The position numbers and the translations under genes are program-made. A stretch of 64,000 nucleotides of DNA from Bifidobacteriaceae bacterium (GTDB lineage Bacteria > Actinomycetota > Actinomycetes > Actinomycetales > WQXJ01): positions 3,477-67,476 of the forward strand of contig JAITFE010000158.1 in NCBI GenBank assembly GCA_031281585.1, read 5' to 3'. Shown piece by piece: positions 16,434-26,090 of the stretch. Below the pieces are notes generated by a model. That model was not told the DNA's origin and did no database searches. It worked only from the letters and a program-made list of their open reading frames with translations. The first letter of the stretch is position 1. Every line of letters begins with the position of its first letter.

Positions 16434-18479
16434 CTACCTTTCCGTGATTGGGCCCAATTCGGGCACCGTGCTAACTATACTTACCCCGCCCTGCGTGGCG
16501 GGCGCCGCCCGTGTCGCGGTGAGCCAGACCGGCGCAAGCGGTTGGGCGTTCGCGGTGATCACCGTCAACAGTCCGATCAGGACAATGATCAGCAGTCCGG
16601 CCCCGGCCAAGATGGCCCAAAGCCAGTCGCGGAGGCGGACCCGCCGCCTTGGTCGGCCGGCCGGCGGGGAAGGGGCTTCAGTGGCCGCCGGGCCCGTCCG
16701 ACCGGATTGGCCCGGTTGGCCCAGTGGGGCCGAGGGGGCCGGTGAAGCTGATTGGCCCGCTGGGGGCTCGGCTGCGGCCACACCCGGCTGGATCTGTGCG
16801 GCCGGCTGCCCAAGGGGTCTGGCCAAGTCGGCGGCCGAAGGCAAGGGTGGTAGTCCGGGCGCCGCCTGGCTCAGCGGAGACGTGGGCGGCGGCGCGTCCG
16901 GGCCCCGCCGCTGGTGCCGGCGGCCGTCCACCCCGGCTTCCCGTCCCCGTGGTCCGGTCTGCCCCGCGCCGAGAGCGGGCGCGCCCGGCGCCGTCGGTCC
17001 AGCACCGCCACTGGGTCCCGCCGCATCGCCAGGCCGCGCCGCGCCAGGTCCCGCCGCGCCGGCGGGCTGTGCCGCGCCGGCGGATCCCGCCCCGTCGCCG
17101 ACCTTTGTCACGCCGCCGGGAACGGCCGCGTCGCCAGGCCCCGCCGGTTCGTCGGGTCCTGCGGCGTCGCTGGGTGCCGCGGCGTCGGCGGGTCCCGCCG
17201 CTTCGTCGCGCGCCGCCGCATCATTGGCCCCCGCCGCTTCGCCGAGGCCGCCCGGCGGGATCGGCGCGGCCGCAACCTCAGGTTTGGCCAATTGTTCGAG
17301 ACTGGCCGCCGCGATTGCAGGCGGCGGACCCTGCGAGCCCGGCTCGCCGGTCGGCGTGAGGCCGCCGGATTGGCCGCCGCCCGCGGCTCGCTCCGTCTGG
17401 TCGGCGTTGGCTGGCTCCGCCACGCCGCTGGCCAGGGGGGCGACCTCGGTCGGCGCGGTCTGCCCTGGGACCGCCGCCGGAGGGGTCACCTCCCCGACGA
17501 CCGGGCCCACGTCCGTGGCCGGTGCGGGCGGCGGCATGAGGGAACGGGCCGGCACGGCAGGCTGCTCGGCCGTTCTGGGCGGCCCGCCCGCCCGCCTGGA
17601 ACGGGGCAAGGGCCCCTCGCCGCTGCGGGAGGCCAGCAAACGTCCCGCCAGGTGGCGGTGGGTTTCCAGGGCCTCGCCGAACAAACTCGCCAACTGGGCG
17701 CCGTCGGTTGGACGCTTGGCGGGGTCCTTGTTCAGCAGTTGCATCACCAACGCCGCGAGCGAGCGCTCAACGGTGCCGGGCAACGGCGGCGGCATGTCGT
17801 TGACCTGCGACAAGGCAATGGCGACATAGTTCGCTCCGCGAAATGGCCGCCGTCCCGCCAACGCCTCGTAGGCGATCACGCCGAGCGAATAGAGGTCGCC
17901 CGCGGGGGTGGCCGGGTTGCCCAGCGCCTGCTCCGGCGCCAAGTACTGGGCGGTCCCCATGACTTTGCCGGTGTCCGTCAAAGCCAACTGGCCGTGCGCC
18001 ACCGAGATGCCGAAGTCGGTCAGCTTGACGTGGTCGGAGGGCCCCAACAAGATGTTGCCCGGCTTGACGTCGCGGTGGACCACCCCGGCGGAGTGGGCGG
18101 CGTGCAACCCGAGGGCCGATTGGATCAGGATGGGCAGCAAACGCATCGGGGCGATGATCGAATGGGCGGCCAGCACGTCGGCCAGGGATTGGCCGTCCAC
18201 GTACTCCATCACCAGATAGCCGGTGCCCTCGTGTTCGCGGTAGTCGTGGACCGTCGTGATGTTCGGGTGGTTCAGGAGCGAGGCGTTGCGGGCCTCGATC
18301 CGGAGCCGCTTGAGCGACGTCTGGTCGCCGGTGAACTCCTGGCGCAAGACCTTGATCGCCACGGGCTTGTCGGCCAGGAGGTCGTGGGCGCGCCAAACCT
18401 CCCCCATGCCGCCAACGGCGATTCGCGAGACTAGCTTGTAGCGGCCGTCCGCCAGCATCAGTCCGGTCTGGGCGATCAT
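16434..18479 (-). CDS. pknA: Ser/Thr protein kinase PknA-like
   Basis: Start ATG 18479 (MIAQTGLMLADGRYKL) overlaps the pbpA stop (ATGA). Kinase motifs HRDVKPGN and DFGIS. About 330-aa Pro/Ala/Gly-rich linker and a C-terminal TM. Confidence 0.9.
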   Translation of the reverse strand: MIAQTGLMLADGRYKLVSRIAVGGMGEVWRAHDLLADKPVAIKVLRQEFTGDQTSLKRLRIEARNASLLNHPNITTVHDYREHEGTGYLVMEYVDGQSLADVLAAHSIIAPMRLLPILIQSALGLHAAHSAGVVHRDVKPGNILLGPSDHVKLTDFGISVAHGQLALTDTGKVMGTAQYLAPEQALGNPATPAGDLYSLGVIAYEALAGRRPFRGANYVAIALSQVNDMPPPLPGTVERSLAALVMQLLNKDPAKRPTDGAQLASLFGEALETHRHLAGRLLASRSGEGPLPRSRRAGGPPRTAEQPAVPARSLMPPPAPATDVGPVVGEVTPPAAVPGQTAPTEVAPLASGVAEPANADQTERAAGGGQSGGLTPTGEPGSQGPPPAIAAASLEQLAKPEVAAAPIPPGGLGEAAGANDAAARDEAAGPADAAAPSDAAGPDEPAGPGDAAVPGGVTKVGDGAGSAGAAQPAGAAGPGAARPGDAAGPSGGAGPTAPGAPALGAGQTGPRGREAGVDGRRHQRRGPDAPPPTSPLSQAAPGLPPLPSAADLARPLGQPAAQIQPGVAAAEPPAGQSASPAPSAPLGQPGQSGRTGPAATEAPSPPAGRPRRRVRLRDWLWAILAGAGLLIIVLIGLLTVITANAQPLAPVWLTATRAAPATQGGVSIVSTVPELGPITER

Positions 18480-19930
18480 TGGAAGACCGCCCCCAGGATG
18501 GACGCCACCATGGGCGCTGCGACTGTGCCGCCAGACCCGGACTTGCCGCGCGCGCCGCCGTCCTCCACCACGACGGCCAGCGCCACCGTGCGGCCGTGCG
18601 CCTCGCCGAAGGCGACGGTCCACACGTCGGGCGCCTGGCCGGACGCCGTCTCGGCGGTCCCGGTCTTGGCTCCGACGGTGACGCCCTCGACCCGCGCACG
18701 GGTCCCGGTTCCCTTCTCGGCGACCTGGATCATCATGTCTTTCAGCGTGGCGGCGGTGTCGGCGCTGATCGGCCGGCCCATTTCCTCGGCGGTGCCCTGG
18801 GACACCACGCTCATGTCGGCCGCCCGCTCCGACCGGACCAGGCGGGGCTTCATCTCCCGCCCGCCGTTGGCGATGGCCCCGGCGACCATCGCCATCTGCA
18901 GCGGCGTCACCCTGTCGTCGAATTGGCCGATCGCGGCCATCGCGGTCTGGGCCCGGTCCATGCCGTTGGGGAAGACCGAGGGCACCACGTACAGCGGAAT
19001 GGACAGGTCCTGGCCGAACCCGAACCGTTCGGCCTGGCGGGCAAGGGCGTTCGCGCCCAGTTCCATGCCCAGCCAGCCGAAGGCGGTGTTGCAGGACACG
19101 GTCATGGCCTGCTCCAGGGTCATGACGCCGTCTGCGGCGCAGGTCGACTCGCCGAAGTTGGTCAGCTTCCTGGAGCTGTTCGGCAAGTCGAGGGCGTCCG
19201 GGGCCTCCAGTTCGCTGTCGGCCTGGTACCGTCCGGATTCCAGGGCGGCGGCGGCGGTGATCAGCTTGAAAGTCGACCCGGGCGGGTACAGGTTCCCGGC
19301 GATCGCCCGGTTGTGGAGCGGGCCGGCCGGGTCGTTCTCCAACGCCTCGTAGGCGGATTGCACAGCCGCCGGGTCGTGGACCGCCAAGGCGTTCGGGTCG
19401 AAGGACGGCTTCGACACCATCGCCATGATCTCGCCGGTCTTGGCGTCCATCACCACCGCGGCGCCCCGCGCGTCGCCCAGGGCGTCCCAGGCAGCCTGCT
19501 GGACCTGCGGGTCGATCGTCAGCTCGACCGCCCCGCCGGTCGGCTTCTTGCCTGTGAACACGTCCTGCACGCGGGTCCAGAACAAGGAGTCGGCCGTGCC
19601 CTCAAGGACCTCGTTCTCGATCAACTCCAGCCCGGATGGCGGCCCGACCACCGTCACGTAGCCGGTGACGGGCGCGTAAAGCGGGCCGCCCGCGTAAAGC
19701 CGCTGGTAGGAGTAGTCGTCGTCGACCTTCTTCGACTGGGCCAGGATGGTGCCCCCGCCCGCGATGATGGGCCCCCGGTCGCGGTCGAAGGAGTTGTAGA
19801 AGGTCCGCGAGTTGCGGGGGTCCAGCCGAAGCTCGCCCGCGGCGGCGAACTGGATCACGCTGGAGGCCACCAACAGGGCGAGGATCATGGCCGTGACCAC
19901 AAGGCTGACCCGCCGGATCTCGCGGTTCAC
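18476..19930 (-). CDS. pbpA: Penicillin-binding protein (class B transpeptidase) PbpA
   Basis: 484 aa. N-terminal TM, STFK active-site motif (PGSTFKLITAAA) and KTGT motif (GAKTGTAE). Confidence 0.9.
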   Translation of the reverse strand: MNREIRRVSLVVTAMILALLVASSVIQFAAAGELRLDPRNSRTFYNSFDRDRGPIIAGGGTILAQSKKVDDDYSYQRLYAGGPLYAPVTGYVTVVGPPSGLELIENEVLEGTADSLFWTRVQDVFTGKKPTGGAVELTIDPQVQQAAWDALGDARGAAVVMDAKTGEIMAMVSKPSFDPNALAVHDPAAVQSAYEALENDPAGPLHNRAIAGNLYPPGSTFKLITAAAALESGRYQADSELEAPDALDLPNSSRKLTNFGESTCAADGVMTLEQAMTVSCNTAFGWLGMELGANALARQAERFGFGQDLSIPLYVVPSVFPNGMDRAQTAMAAIGQFDDRVTPLQMAMVAGAIANGGREMKPRLVRSERAADMSVVSQGTAEEMGRPISADTAATLKDMMIQVAEKGTGTRARVEGVTVGAKTGTAETASGQAPDVWTVAFGEAHGRTVALAVVVEDGGARGKSGSGGTVAAPMVASILGAVFQ

Positions 19931-21432
19931 GGTCGCCTCACCGCCTCGGTCGCGATTTGGTCCGCCGGCGGGTCCGCCGCCCTCTTCTTGGGCCGCCCGG
20001 CCGCGCCGCCGGCCCGCGCCGAAGAGGCGGACGATGCCGCCCGCGCCGCTTCTGCCTGCAACACCGGCCCGATGTCGATCTCCGAGGTGGCCGGCGGAGG
20101 TCGCCTCGCGCCGTCGGAAATCCGCAGCAGCAGCGCCACCACGATCCAGTTCGCGAGCAGCGCCGAGCCGCCGTAGGCCAAGAACGGCGTCACCAGCCCA
20201 GTCAGCGGGATCACCCGCGTGACGCCGCCCACCACCACGAACAGCTGGAAGGCCAAGGTGAACGCGAGGCCGGTGGCCAGGAGCTTGCCGAAGCCGTCGC
20301 GGATGCCGATCGCGGTTCTCAGACCGCGTTCCACCAACACCAGGTAGATCACCAGGATGGCCATCACCCCCGTCAGCCCCAGTTCCTCCCCCAGCGCGGC
20401 GAAGATGAAATCGGAGTAGGCGAGCGGCGTGATGTCCGGCCGCCCCCGCCCCAGGCCCGTGCCGAACAGCCCCCCGTTGGCCAGCCCGAACAGGCCTTGA
20501 ACCAACTGGCCGGAGCCGCCTCTGGCCTCATACAGCCGCTGGTCGAACGGGGTCAACCAGATCTCCACCCGGTGCTGCACGTGGGAGAACAGCCGGTACG
20601 CCGCCACCACGCCGCCGGAGAACAGCGCCAGCCCGATCACAATCCACGACGGCCGGTTGGTCGCCACGTAGATCATGACCACGAACAAGCCGAAGATCAG
20701 CAGGGACGTGCCCAGGTCGCGTTCGAACACCAACAAGCCCACCGAGATCACCCAGGCCAGCATGATCGGCCCCATGTCCCGCAGGCGCGGAAGCTGCAAG
20801 CCCGCCACCCTGGGGCCGGCCAGCGCCATCGAGTCGCGCCGGGTGACCAGATACCCGGCGAAGAAGACCGCCAGGGCGATCTTCGACACCTCGGCCGGCT
20901 GGAACGACAGCGGGCCAACGTGGATCCAGATCCGCGAACCGTTGATGCTGCGCCCAATCCACGGCGCCAAAGGCGCGACCAGCCCGACCAGGCCCAGGAT
21001 CATGGCGGTGTAGGTGAAGCGGCGTAGGGACCGGTGGTCCCGCAGCCAGGTCACAGTCACCGCCGCCGCCACCAGGCCGAGCACCGTCCAGACCAGTTGC
21101 TTCGAGGCGATGGCCGAACCCGGGTCTACCCCGCGCTCCTCGTAACGCAGCGACAACCGGTAGATCATCGCCAAGCCCACCCCGTTGAGCAAGACCGCGA
21201 CCGGCAGGATGACCGGATCGGCGTAGGGCGCTCTCCACCGCAGGATCAAATGCACCACCAGCACCAGCACGGTGAAGCCGCCGCACTGGACCGTCATCTG
21301 GGCCGGCAGCTCACCGGTCACAGCCAAGGCGACCTGGGCGTACGCGAAGAAAGACAACCCCAGAGCGAAAACCAGGAGCAGCAGCTCAGCCCAGCGGCCA
21401 GGTCTGGCGCCTCCGGGCAGCACGGTGGCCAC
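19927..21432 (-). CDS. rodA: FtsW/RodA/SpoVE family peptidoglycan glycosyltransferase
   Basis: Polytopic SEDS protein. GTG 21432 lies 3 nt after the pstP stop. The track ORF extension to 21894 is the alternate frame of pstP. Confidence 0.88.
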   Translation of the reverse strand: MATVLPGGARPGRWAELLLLVFALGLSFFAYAQVALAVTGELPAQMTVQCGGFTVLVLVVHLILRWRAPYADPVILPVAVLLNGVGLAMIYRLSLRYEERGVDPGSAIASKQLVWTVLGLVAAAVTVTWLRDHRSLRRFTYTAMILGLVGLVAPLAPWIGRSINGSRIWIHVGPLSFQPAEVSKIALAVFFAGYLVTRRDSMALAGPRVAGLQLPRLRDMGPIMLAWVISVGLLVFERDLGTSLLIFGLFVVMIYVATNRPSWIVIGLALFSGGVVAAYRLFSHVQHRVEIWLTPFDQRLYEARGGSGQLVQGLFGLANGGLFGTGLGRGRPDITPLAYSDFIFAALGEELGLTGVMAILVIYLVLVERGLRTAIGIRDGFGKLLATGLAFTLAFQLFVVVGGVTRVIPLTGLVTPFLAYGGSALLANWIVVALLLRISDGARRPPPATSEIDIGPVLQAEAARAASSASSARAGGAAGRPKKRAADPPADQIATEAVRRP

Positions 21433-21434
21433 GG

Positions 21435-22817
21435 TTAGCCTCCCGCGGAGGGTTGGCCGCCCGGGTCGTTGGTGTTGGCGGCGCCCGAACTGCCTGGGGA
21501 AGGGGCTCCTGGGGATGAACTGGGCTGCGTGGTCGCGTTGCCGGGGGACGGCCTGGCGGACTCCCGTCGGGCGGGAGGCGTGTCTTGACGGTTGGAGCGT
21601 GACTCGGCCACGGCATCGTCCACCCATGCCTCGGCCTGTTCGAGCGTGACGTGACGCTGGGAGGCCTGCTGCACCTGCTCCTGGTAGAGCTCGGTCAGGT
21701 CGGACTCCACGCTGTAGGCGGTGCGGCGGGCGACGTGGGAGAGGTCCAGGCCGAACACCTCCTGGGGGATGCCCTGGTAGATGGCCACGTTGCCGTCCGC
21801 CTCGCCCACGTAATACTGGTCCTGGCTCCACGAATACGCCCAGTAGAGGCCGGCCGCCGCCAGCGCGAGGATGGCCAGGATGACGGCCGCCCAAACCAGC
21901 CGGCGGCCCACCGGCCTGCGGCGGCGCGAATCCGGCAATCCCGGGCCGTCCTCCGGCTTGGCCGACTGCACCAAAGACGCCGCCTTGGCGGCCGCGCCGC
22001 CGCCGCCCCGCGTTGGCCGGTGGCGGTCGATCGCGGCCGCGCCCGCGACCTGGGCCGCCGTCGAGGGGACTTCTTCGGCGGGGAGGTCGTCAATGTCCAG
22101 CACGTCGGCCACAATGCAGGTGACGTTGTCCGGACCCCCGCCGCGCAGAGCCAGCTCGATCAGCAGCTCGGCGCAGTTCTCGGGTTCGCTCTCCTCAAGC
22201 AAAGTGCGCTGGAGCGTCGCCTGGGAGACCACCCCGGACAGGCCGTCGGAGCAGAGCAGCCAGCGGTCGCCGGGCTCCGCCTTGCGGACCGAGATGTCCA
22301 AGCCGCCGGACAACTCGACGTCCCCCAAGACCCGAAGGAGCAATGAGCGCTGGGGATGGCGCTCCGCCTGGTCGGGCTCCAATTTGCCGCTGTCCACCAA
22401 GTACTGCACAAACGTGTGGTCGTTGGTGACCTGCTCCAGCTTTCCGTCTCTGAGCAGGTAGGCGCGCGAATCGCCGATGTGCCCCAGGATCAGGCGGTCG
22501 CCCGTTCGGAGCAAAGTGGTGATAGTGGTGCCCAGGCCGGCCAGCTCTTGATCCTCCTCGACGCGTTCCAGCAACTCGTCATGCGCCGCCTCGACGGCCG
22601 CCTCCAAAGCCTGGGCGCCCTGGTCGGAGGTCGGCGTTTCCTCGTCCAGCGGTGCCAGATGCGCGATCGCCACCGAGGAGGCGATGTCGCCGCCCGCGTG
22701 GCCGCCCATGCCGTCCGCTACAACCAGCAAATGCGGCCCGGCGTACGCCGAATCCTGGTTGTTGGCGCGTGTCAACCCGATGTCTGAACGCACCGCGTAG
22801 CGGAGGGCTATGGTCAC
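21435..22817 (-). CDS. pstP: PP2C-family Ser/Thr phosphatase PstP
   Basis: RYAVRSDIGLTRANNQDS...VADGMGGHAGG...GGPDNVTCIV PP2C motifs. TM, then an extracellular tail. Confidence 0.9.
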   Translation of the reverse strand: MTIALRYAVRSDIGLTRANNQDSAYAGPHLLVVADGMGGHAGGDIASSVAIAHLAPLDEETPTSDQGAQALEAAVEAAHDELLERVEEDQELAGLGTTITTLLRTGDRLILGHIGDSRAYLLRDGKLEQVTNDHTFVQYLVDSGKLEPDQAERHPQRSLLLRVLGDVELSGGLDISVRKAEPGDRWLLCSDGLSGVVSQATLQRTLLEESEPENCAELLIELALRGGGPDNVTCIVADVLDIDDLPAEEVPSTAAQVAGAAAIDRHRPTRGGGGAAAKAASLVQSAKPEDGPGLPDSRRRRPVGRRLVWAAVILAILALAAAGLYWAYSWSQDQYYVGEADGNVAIYQGIPQEVFGLDLSHVARRTAYSVESDLTELYQEQVQQASQRHVTLEQAEAWVDDAVAESRSNRQDTPPARRESARPSPGNATTQPSSSPGAPSPGSSGAANTNDPGGQPSAGG

Positions 22818-22818
22818 G

Positions 22819-23382
22819 CTACTTCAGCACCTCCAATGTCGTGTTGCCGATCCGGATCGACTGGCCCGCCGTCACTTCGATCGGGGCCGCAATTCTCTCA
22901 CGGCCAAGGAACGTGCCGTTGGTCGAGCCCAAGTCTTCCAGCACCCAGCCGCCATTGCGAGGTACCAGTTGGGCGTGGCGTCCCGAAGCGAAGTCGTCGT
23001 CCAAAACCAAATTGGCGGTCGAGGAGCGGCCGATCACGACCGGCGCCCGGGTCAGGGGCAGCGTGGTGCCGCGCAGCGGACCGGACTTGACGACCAACCG
23101 GGTCGGGACCCCCTGCCGGACCGGCGTGGCGGCAGGGGCTGCGAGCGGGGCGGCGTGGGGCGTGACCGCGTGCGGCAGGGCGGGCGTGGCGGCGGCGAAT
23201 TCGGCGGGCACGGCGACTCGCTGCCGGCGCTTTGAGTTCGGCCGGTCGTTCGGCACGGCGTCCCGCCGCCGGATCGTGGTCCCGTAAATGTCGCGGCGCA
23301 ACGTCACCAGGGCCGCCAGCACGAACAGCCATAGCACCAGCAAATAGCCCAGCCGGAGCAACGAGACCGACAGCTCTCCCAT
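22819..23382 (-). CDS. fhaB: FHA domain protein FhaB/FipA
   Basis: N-terminal TM. C-terminal FHA (VIGRSSTANLVLDDDFASGRHA...DLGSTNGTFL). Confidence 0.85.
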   Translation of the reverse strand: MGELSVSLLRLGYLLVLWLFVLAALVTLRRDIYGTTIRRRDAVPNDRPNSKRRQRVAVPAEFAAATPALPHAVTPHAAPLAAPAATPVRQGVPTRLVVKSGPLRGTTLPLTRAPVVIGRSSTANLVLDDDFASGRHAQLVPRNGGWVLEDLGSTNGTFLGRERIAAPIEVTAGQSIRIGNTTLEVLK

Positions 23383-23407
23383 GCGTCAACCTTAGTTGGG
23401 GCGGGCG

Positions 23408-24127
23408 TTAGTTCTCAGGATCAAAACCCAAGTCGGTGGATTCGCCGGTCCAAAAGACCACTTGGGTGCGCCCGACGGTCAACGTGTTGCCGTCCACCAG
23501 CAAAGCGTTGGTGATGCGGTGTCCCTCCACGAAGGTGCCGTTGGTGGAGCCCAGGTCGGTGGCGATCGGGCCGTCCGGCGTGAGCCGGATCTCGACGTGC
23601 CGCCGCGAGACGCCCGTGTCCTCCACGATGATGTCCGCGTCCGAGCCGCGTCCGATCACCGTGACCGGCCCGGTCAGCAGGTAGCGCTGGCCGTCTATGT
23701 CCACAATCGGGTGCCGGGAGGTGGCCGGCGCCGGCCCGGCCGGCGCGACGGCGCCCCGGACCGTCTCCGAACGGACCCGGAAGACGCCCACCTCGAGTTC
23801 GGGGTCCTCCTCGAACGTGACGGAAACCGGCCCCACAAAGGCGTAGCGCTGCGAGGCGGCGTGTTGGGCCACGCCTTCCTGGAGCTCTTCCCCCATCGCC
23901 TCCGCGCCCCAGTCCAAAATGCGGTCGAAATCTTGAGTCGAAAGCTCAATGACGAATTCGTTGGGCACCACGGCGCGGCCGCGGGCCAACACGGCCGCCT
24001 TGTCATCCAACTCGCGCCGGAGCGCCGAAGCCAGGTCCACTGGTTTCACCTCACTACGTGATGCTTTGGCGAAAGCGCCGTTGACTGCGCGCTCAACGCC
24101 TTTCTCAAACCGGTCGAGGAATGCCAT
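23408..24127 (-). CDS. fhaA: FHA domain protein FhaA (DUF3662 + FHA)
   Basis: N-terminal MAFLDRFEKGVERAVNGAFAK (DUF3662-like). C-terminal FHA (IGRGSDADIIVEDTGVSRRH...DLGSTNGTFV). Confidence 0.85.
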   Translation of the reverse strand: MAFLDRFEKGVERAVNGAFAKASRSEVKPVDLASALRRELDDKAAVLARGRAVVPNEFVIELSTQDFDRILDWGAEAMGEELQEGVAQHAASQRYAFVGPVSVTFEEDPELEVGVFRVRSETVRGAVAPAGPAPATSRHPIVDIDGQRYLLTGPVTVIGRGSDADIIVEDTGVSRRHVEIRLTPDGPIATDLGSTNGTFVEGHRITNALLVDGNTLTVGRTQVVFWTGESTDLGFDPEN

Positions 24128-24257
24128 CCGCTATCCCTCCCCACTGCAAGAACGTAGCCAATGGTAACGACTTCCTTCCCCCGAGCCCATAGGTCTGGCG
24201 GTCAGACCACGTCCCAGATTCCCCGTAGACGCATTTCATGCTAGCCTCATCGCTTGC

Positions 24258-24341
24258 GCGCGAGTGGCGGAATAGGCAGACGCGCACGGTTCAGGTCCGT
24301 GTGCCCGCAAGGGCATGGGGGTTCAACTCCCCCCTCGCGCA
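24258..24341 (+). tRNA. tRNA-Leu (anticodon CAG), long variable arm, CCA not encoded
   Basis: GCGCGAG acceptor 5' arm pairs with CTCGCGC plus discriminator A. Anticodon stem CACGG/CCGTG with loop TTCAGGT. T-arm GGGGGTTCAACTCCCCC. Near-identical layout to bacterial tRNA-Leu(CAG). Confidence 0.9.
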
Positions 24342-24353
24342 CAACCAGCTCCA

Positions 24354-24378
24354 GCCCGGAGGCCGTTAGGCTCCGGGC
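24354..24378 (+). terminator. Hairpin 12 nt downstream of tRNA-Leu
   Basis: GCCCGGAG (24354-24361) pairs with CTCCGGGC (24371-24378), with a 9-nt loop. No U-tract. Confidence 0.35.
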
Positions 24379-24524
24379 GTCCGCGGCCCGGCTCCAGAAG
24401 GCGCCCGACCGACCCGGCGCACGCCCGCCTTTCGCGTTTAGCCGCTTTGGCCGCCCGTTGCCCGATGCCGTCTGCGGGCCCCGGCGTGTTTCCCCAGGTT
24501 GAGCTGCCGGTGGCGTCCGCCGTG

Positions 24525-24593
24525 GGGCGGAAACGACTGCTAAGGCAGGGTGGAAACGACTACTGCGGTAGGGTGGAAACGACTACTAGACGC
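24525..24593 (+). repeat. Three tandem 23-bp repeats (GGG[C/T]GGAAACGACT[G/A]CT...)
   Basis: Units start at 24525, 24548 and 24571, an exact 23-bp period with a conserved GGAAACGACT core. The array ends immediately before the AGGAGGGGG RBS and GTG 24613 of the ATPase gene. Confidence 0.85.
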
Positions 24594-24612
24594 TCAGGAG
24601 GGGGACGCCGCC

Positions 24613-25893
24613 GTGGCTTCGAGTCGCTATCTTCCGAGGATCGTGGACGCCGATCTTGCCGAGATGTTGGCGGCGCTTCCCGCAGTCGCGCTCGAGGGCG
24701 CGAAAGCGGTGGGGAAAACCCGCACCGCCGAGCGGGTCGCGAGATCGGTGTTTGCCCTGGCCAGCCGCAATGTGCTGCTGAATGTCGAGGCGGATCCGGC
24801 TGCGGTGGCCGCCGCCGCCGAACCAGTTTTGCTCGATGAATGGCAGCGGGCACCCTGGATTTGGGATGAGGTCCGGCAGTGGGTGGACCAGGAACCCCGG
24901 CCGGGACGTTTTGTTCTTACGGGCAGTTCGGCGCCCCGTGGGGCGCGGATTCATTCGGGGGCAGGCAGAATTCTGCCGATCCGAATGCGGCCGTTGTCGC
25001 TTGCGGAGCGCCTTGAGGGCGGCGGAGTGAGTCTCGGGCGGCTCTTGGGCGACGGGGAGGCCAGCCCGGTCGCGGGCGAATCAAAGCTGAGGTTGGCGGA
25101 CTACGTTGACGAAATCCTTAGATCCGGCTTCCCGGCGATCCGGGACCTTCCCGTCCACGCGCGGGACAGGGCACTTGACGGCTACCTTGAGGCCGTGGTC
25201 GCCAAGGAGTTCCCCGAGCAAGGCCTGACGGTGCGCAAGCCGCAGTTGTTGAGGGGTTGGATGAGGGCCTACGCGTTGGCGAGTGGCAGTACCGCGAGCT
25301 ACACCACCATCTTGGATGCGGCCACGTGGGGCGTTGGCGACAAGCCGTCGAAGGCGCAAACACTGGCGTACCGGGACACCTTGGCATCCCTGTGGCTGGT
25401 CGACCCGGTCCCGGCCTGGGACGCCGCCGGCACAGGCCTTGCGACCCCGCTGGTCAAGGCGTCCAAGCACTACTTGGCCGACCCGGCGCTGGCCGCCAGG
25501 CTGGCGGACATGACCTCGAACACCTTGTTCGCCGGACCCGGGCCGGACCCGCTGGGTCTGCAAGGCGGCTCGCTGTTGGGCCGCCTGTTCGAGTCGTTGG
25601 TGGCCTTGAGCCTTCAGACTTACGCCGCCGCTTGCGGCGCAAAGCTCTTCCACTTGCGCACGGTGTCCGGGCACCGGGAGGTGGACTTTGTGGTGCAGCG
25701 CGGCCGGTCGATTGTGGCCCTGGAGGTGAAGCTGGCGGCAGCCGCGCTGGACAAAGACGTCCGTCATCTCAACTGGCTTGAGAGCGCCCTGCCCGGTCAG
25801 GTCGCCGCCAAAGTCTGCGTCACCACAGGCCCGCGCGCCTACACCCGTCCCGACGGAGTGCATGTGGTCCCGGCGGCGCTCCTGAGGCCATAG
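24613..25893 (+). CDS. AAA-type ATPase with DUF4143 domain
   Basis: P-loop LEGAKAVGKT and overall AAA_14 + DUF4143-like layout. GTG 24613 is preferred (RBS CAGGAGGGGG) over the track start 24550, which lies inside the tandem repeat. Confidence 0.75.
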   Translation: MASSRYLPRIVDADLAEMLAALPAVALEGAKAVGKTRTAERVARSVFALASRNVLLNVEADPAAVAAAAEPVLLDEWQRAPWIWDEVRQWVDQEPRPGRFVLTGSSAPRGARIHSGAGRILPIRMRPLSLAERLEGGGVSLGRLLGDGEASPVAGESKLRLADYVDEILRSGFPAIRDLPVHARDRALDGYLEAVVAKEFPEQGLTVRKPQLLRGWMRAYALASGSTASYTTILDAATWGVGDKPSKAQTLAYRDTLASLWLVDPVPAWDAAGTGLATPLVKASKHYLADPALAARLADMTSNTLFAGPGPDPLGLQGGSLLGRLFESLVALSLQTYAAACGAKLFHLRTVSGHREVDFVVQRGRSIVALEVKLAAAALDKDVRHLNWLESALPGQVAAKVCVTTGPRAYTRPDGVHVVPAALLRP

Positions 25894-26090
25894 ACCCGGT
25901 CCGAAAAGCCGGGGCGTGGCGCCGCGGCCGGCAGTCGATGATGACCTCGGGCGGGGCCGTAAGACGGGCCACACGGTCCGACCGGTCCCAGTGACAGTCC
26001 GCTGTCGTTGGTCAGACTGGCCGTGCGGGAGGCCATCTTGACCACCGGGGCCCGGCTGGCGTCATTGCGGCGGTCTGGAGCGAGACAGAG

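Noticed and set aside
18480-18623. N-terminal extension of pknA in the track (start 18623). The track's rodA extension to 21894 is a similar case.
   Set aside because: The extensions overlap the 3' ends of pbpA and pstP in other frames and are Arg/Gly-rich. Internal starts (ATG 18479 overlapping the pbpA stop, GTG 21432 just after the pstP stop) give the classical coupled operon.
24525-24593. Possible CRISPR array, considered because of regularly spaced repeats.
   Set aside because: The 23-bp units are directly adjacent with no spacers. There are only three units and no cas genes, so this is a tandem repeat and not a CRISPR.
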